From Thermoproteota archaeon (GTDB lineage: Archaea > Thermoproteota > Nitrososphaeria > Nitrososphaerales > Nitrososphaeraceae): a DNA stretch of 50,513 nucleotides. Positions 50,300 through 50,513 of this stretch are shown here, one piece after another. The stretch lies in contig JBKPNF010000202.1 of assembly GCA_046732455.1 (NCBI GenBank), forward strand, positions 1 through 50,513, in the 5' to 3' direction. How positions within the stretch are numbered: the first letter of the stretch is position 1; each line of letters starts with the position of its first letter. Made by a program: the position numbers and the translations under genes. Below the pieces are notes generated by a model, which made no database searches, was not told where the DNA came from, and worked only from the letters and a program-made list of their open reading frames with translations.

Positions 50300-50513
50300 A
50301 TGACGAACGGCCTACATAAGTTCAATGTCAAGACACTAAAAGACTCTGTAAAATTTTATCTACCTAGGGTTGAAGGCTATTTAGAAATAGTACGAGGCAT
50401 GGCCTCCAGATATGGCGGTATGTCATTGATCGAGTTCGATGGTTACTTTGAAGGCAAATTCGAACCAGTCAAATATACAAAGGTAGAGATTCATACTAAT
50501 GATATTGATGAGC
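50300..50513 (+). CDS. Hypothetical protein, 5' part (runs off the window)
   Basis: Open frame MTNGLHKFNVKTLKDSVKFYLPRVEGYLEIVRGMASRYGGMSLIEFDGYFEGKFEPVKYTKVEIHTNDIDE...; GAGGTG Shine-Dalgarno at 50283-50288. Confidence 0.7.
   Translation, partial: MTNGLHKFNVKTLKDSVKFYLPRVEGYLEIVRGMASRYGGMSLIEFDGYFEGKFEPVKYTKVEIHTNDIDE

Noticed and set aside
1-50513. CRISPR arrays, tRNA/rRNA genes, transposases, integrases
   Set aside because: No periodic repeats, cloverleaf or T-loop signatures, or DDE/tyrosine-recombinase motifs were seen by eye; a tool scan could still find short elements.

Overview
Archaeal chromosomal segment. Gene content and protein style point to an ammonia-oxidising thaumarchaeon, probably Nitrososphaeraceae (inference from proteasome subunits, aRF1, RadA, Cdc6/Orc1, rpS26e, type II GAPDH, zinc-ferredoxin and TATA-led leaderless genes). 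Most of it is housekeeping: purC/purK/purE, hom, a split trp cluster (trpGD and trpCBA), pyrG and NAD kinase. A glycan/surface block at about 37.4-46.1 kb holds an LpxD-like acyltransferase, a PIG-L deacetylase, a GT2, WecB and two PQQ/Sdh-type beta-propeller proteins. I saw no rRNA, tRNA, CRISPR array or intact mobile element. Main leads: (1) a Trp-codon leader peptide (METMQRGGRFWHL) between a TATA box and trpG, suggesting attenuation-like control; (2) a 605-aa tandem SDR with the YxxRxxY motif of Chloroflexus-type malonyl-CoA reductase, a candidate for an unassigned step of the thaumarchaeal 3HP/4HB cycle; (3) an LpxD-like plus deacetylase pair in an organism without lipid A; (4) orphan defence-like genes (HEPN Rx4H protein, MORC-like GHKL ATPase, PD-(D/E)xK protein); (5) three Cys-rich microproteins missing from the ORF track; (6) a gene split by a one-base frameshift. 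All family calls come from motif recognition by eye; no searches were run.
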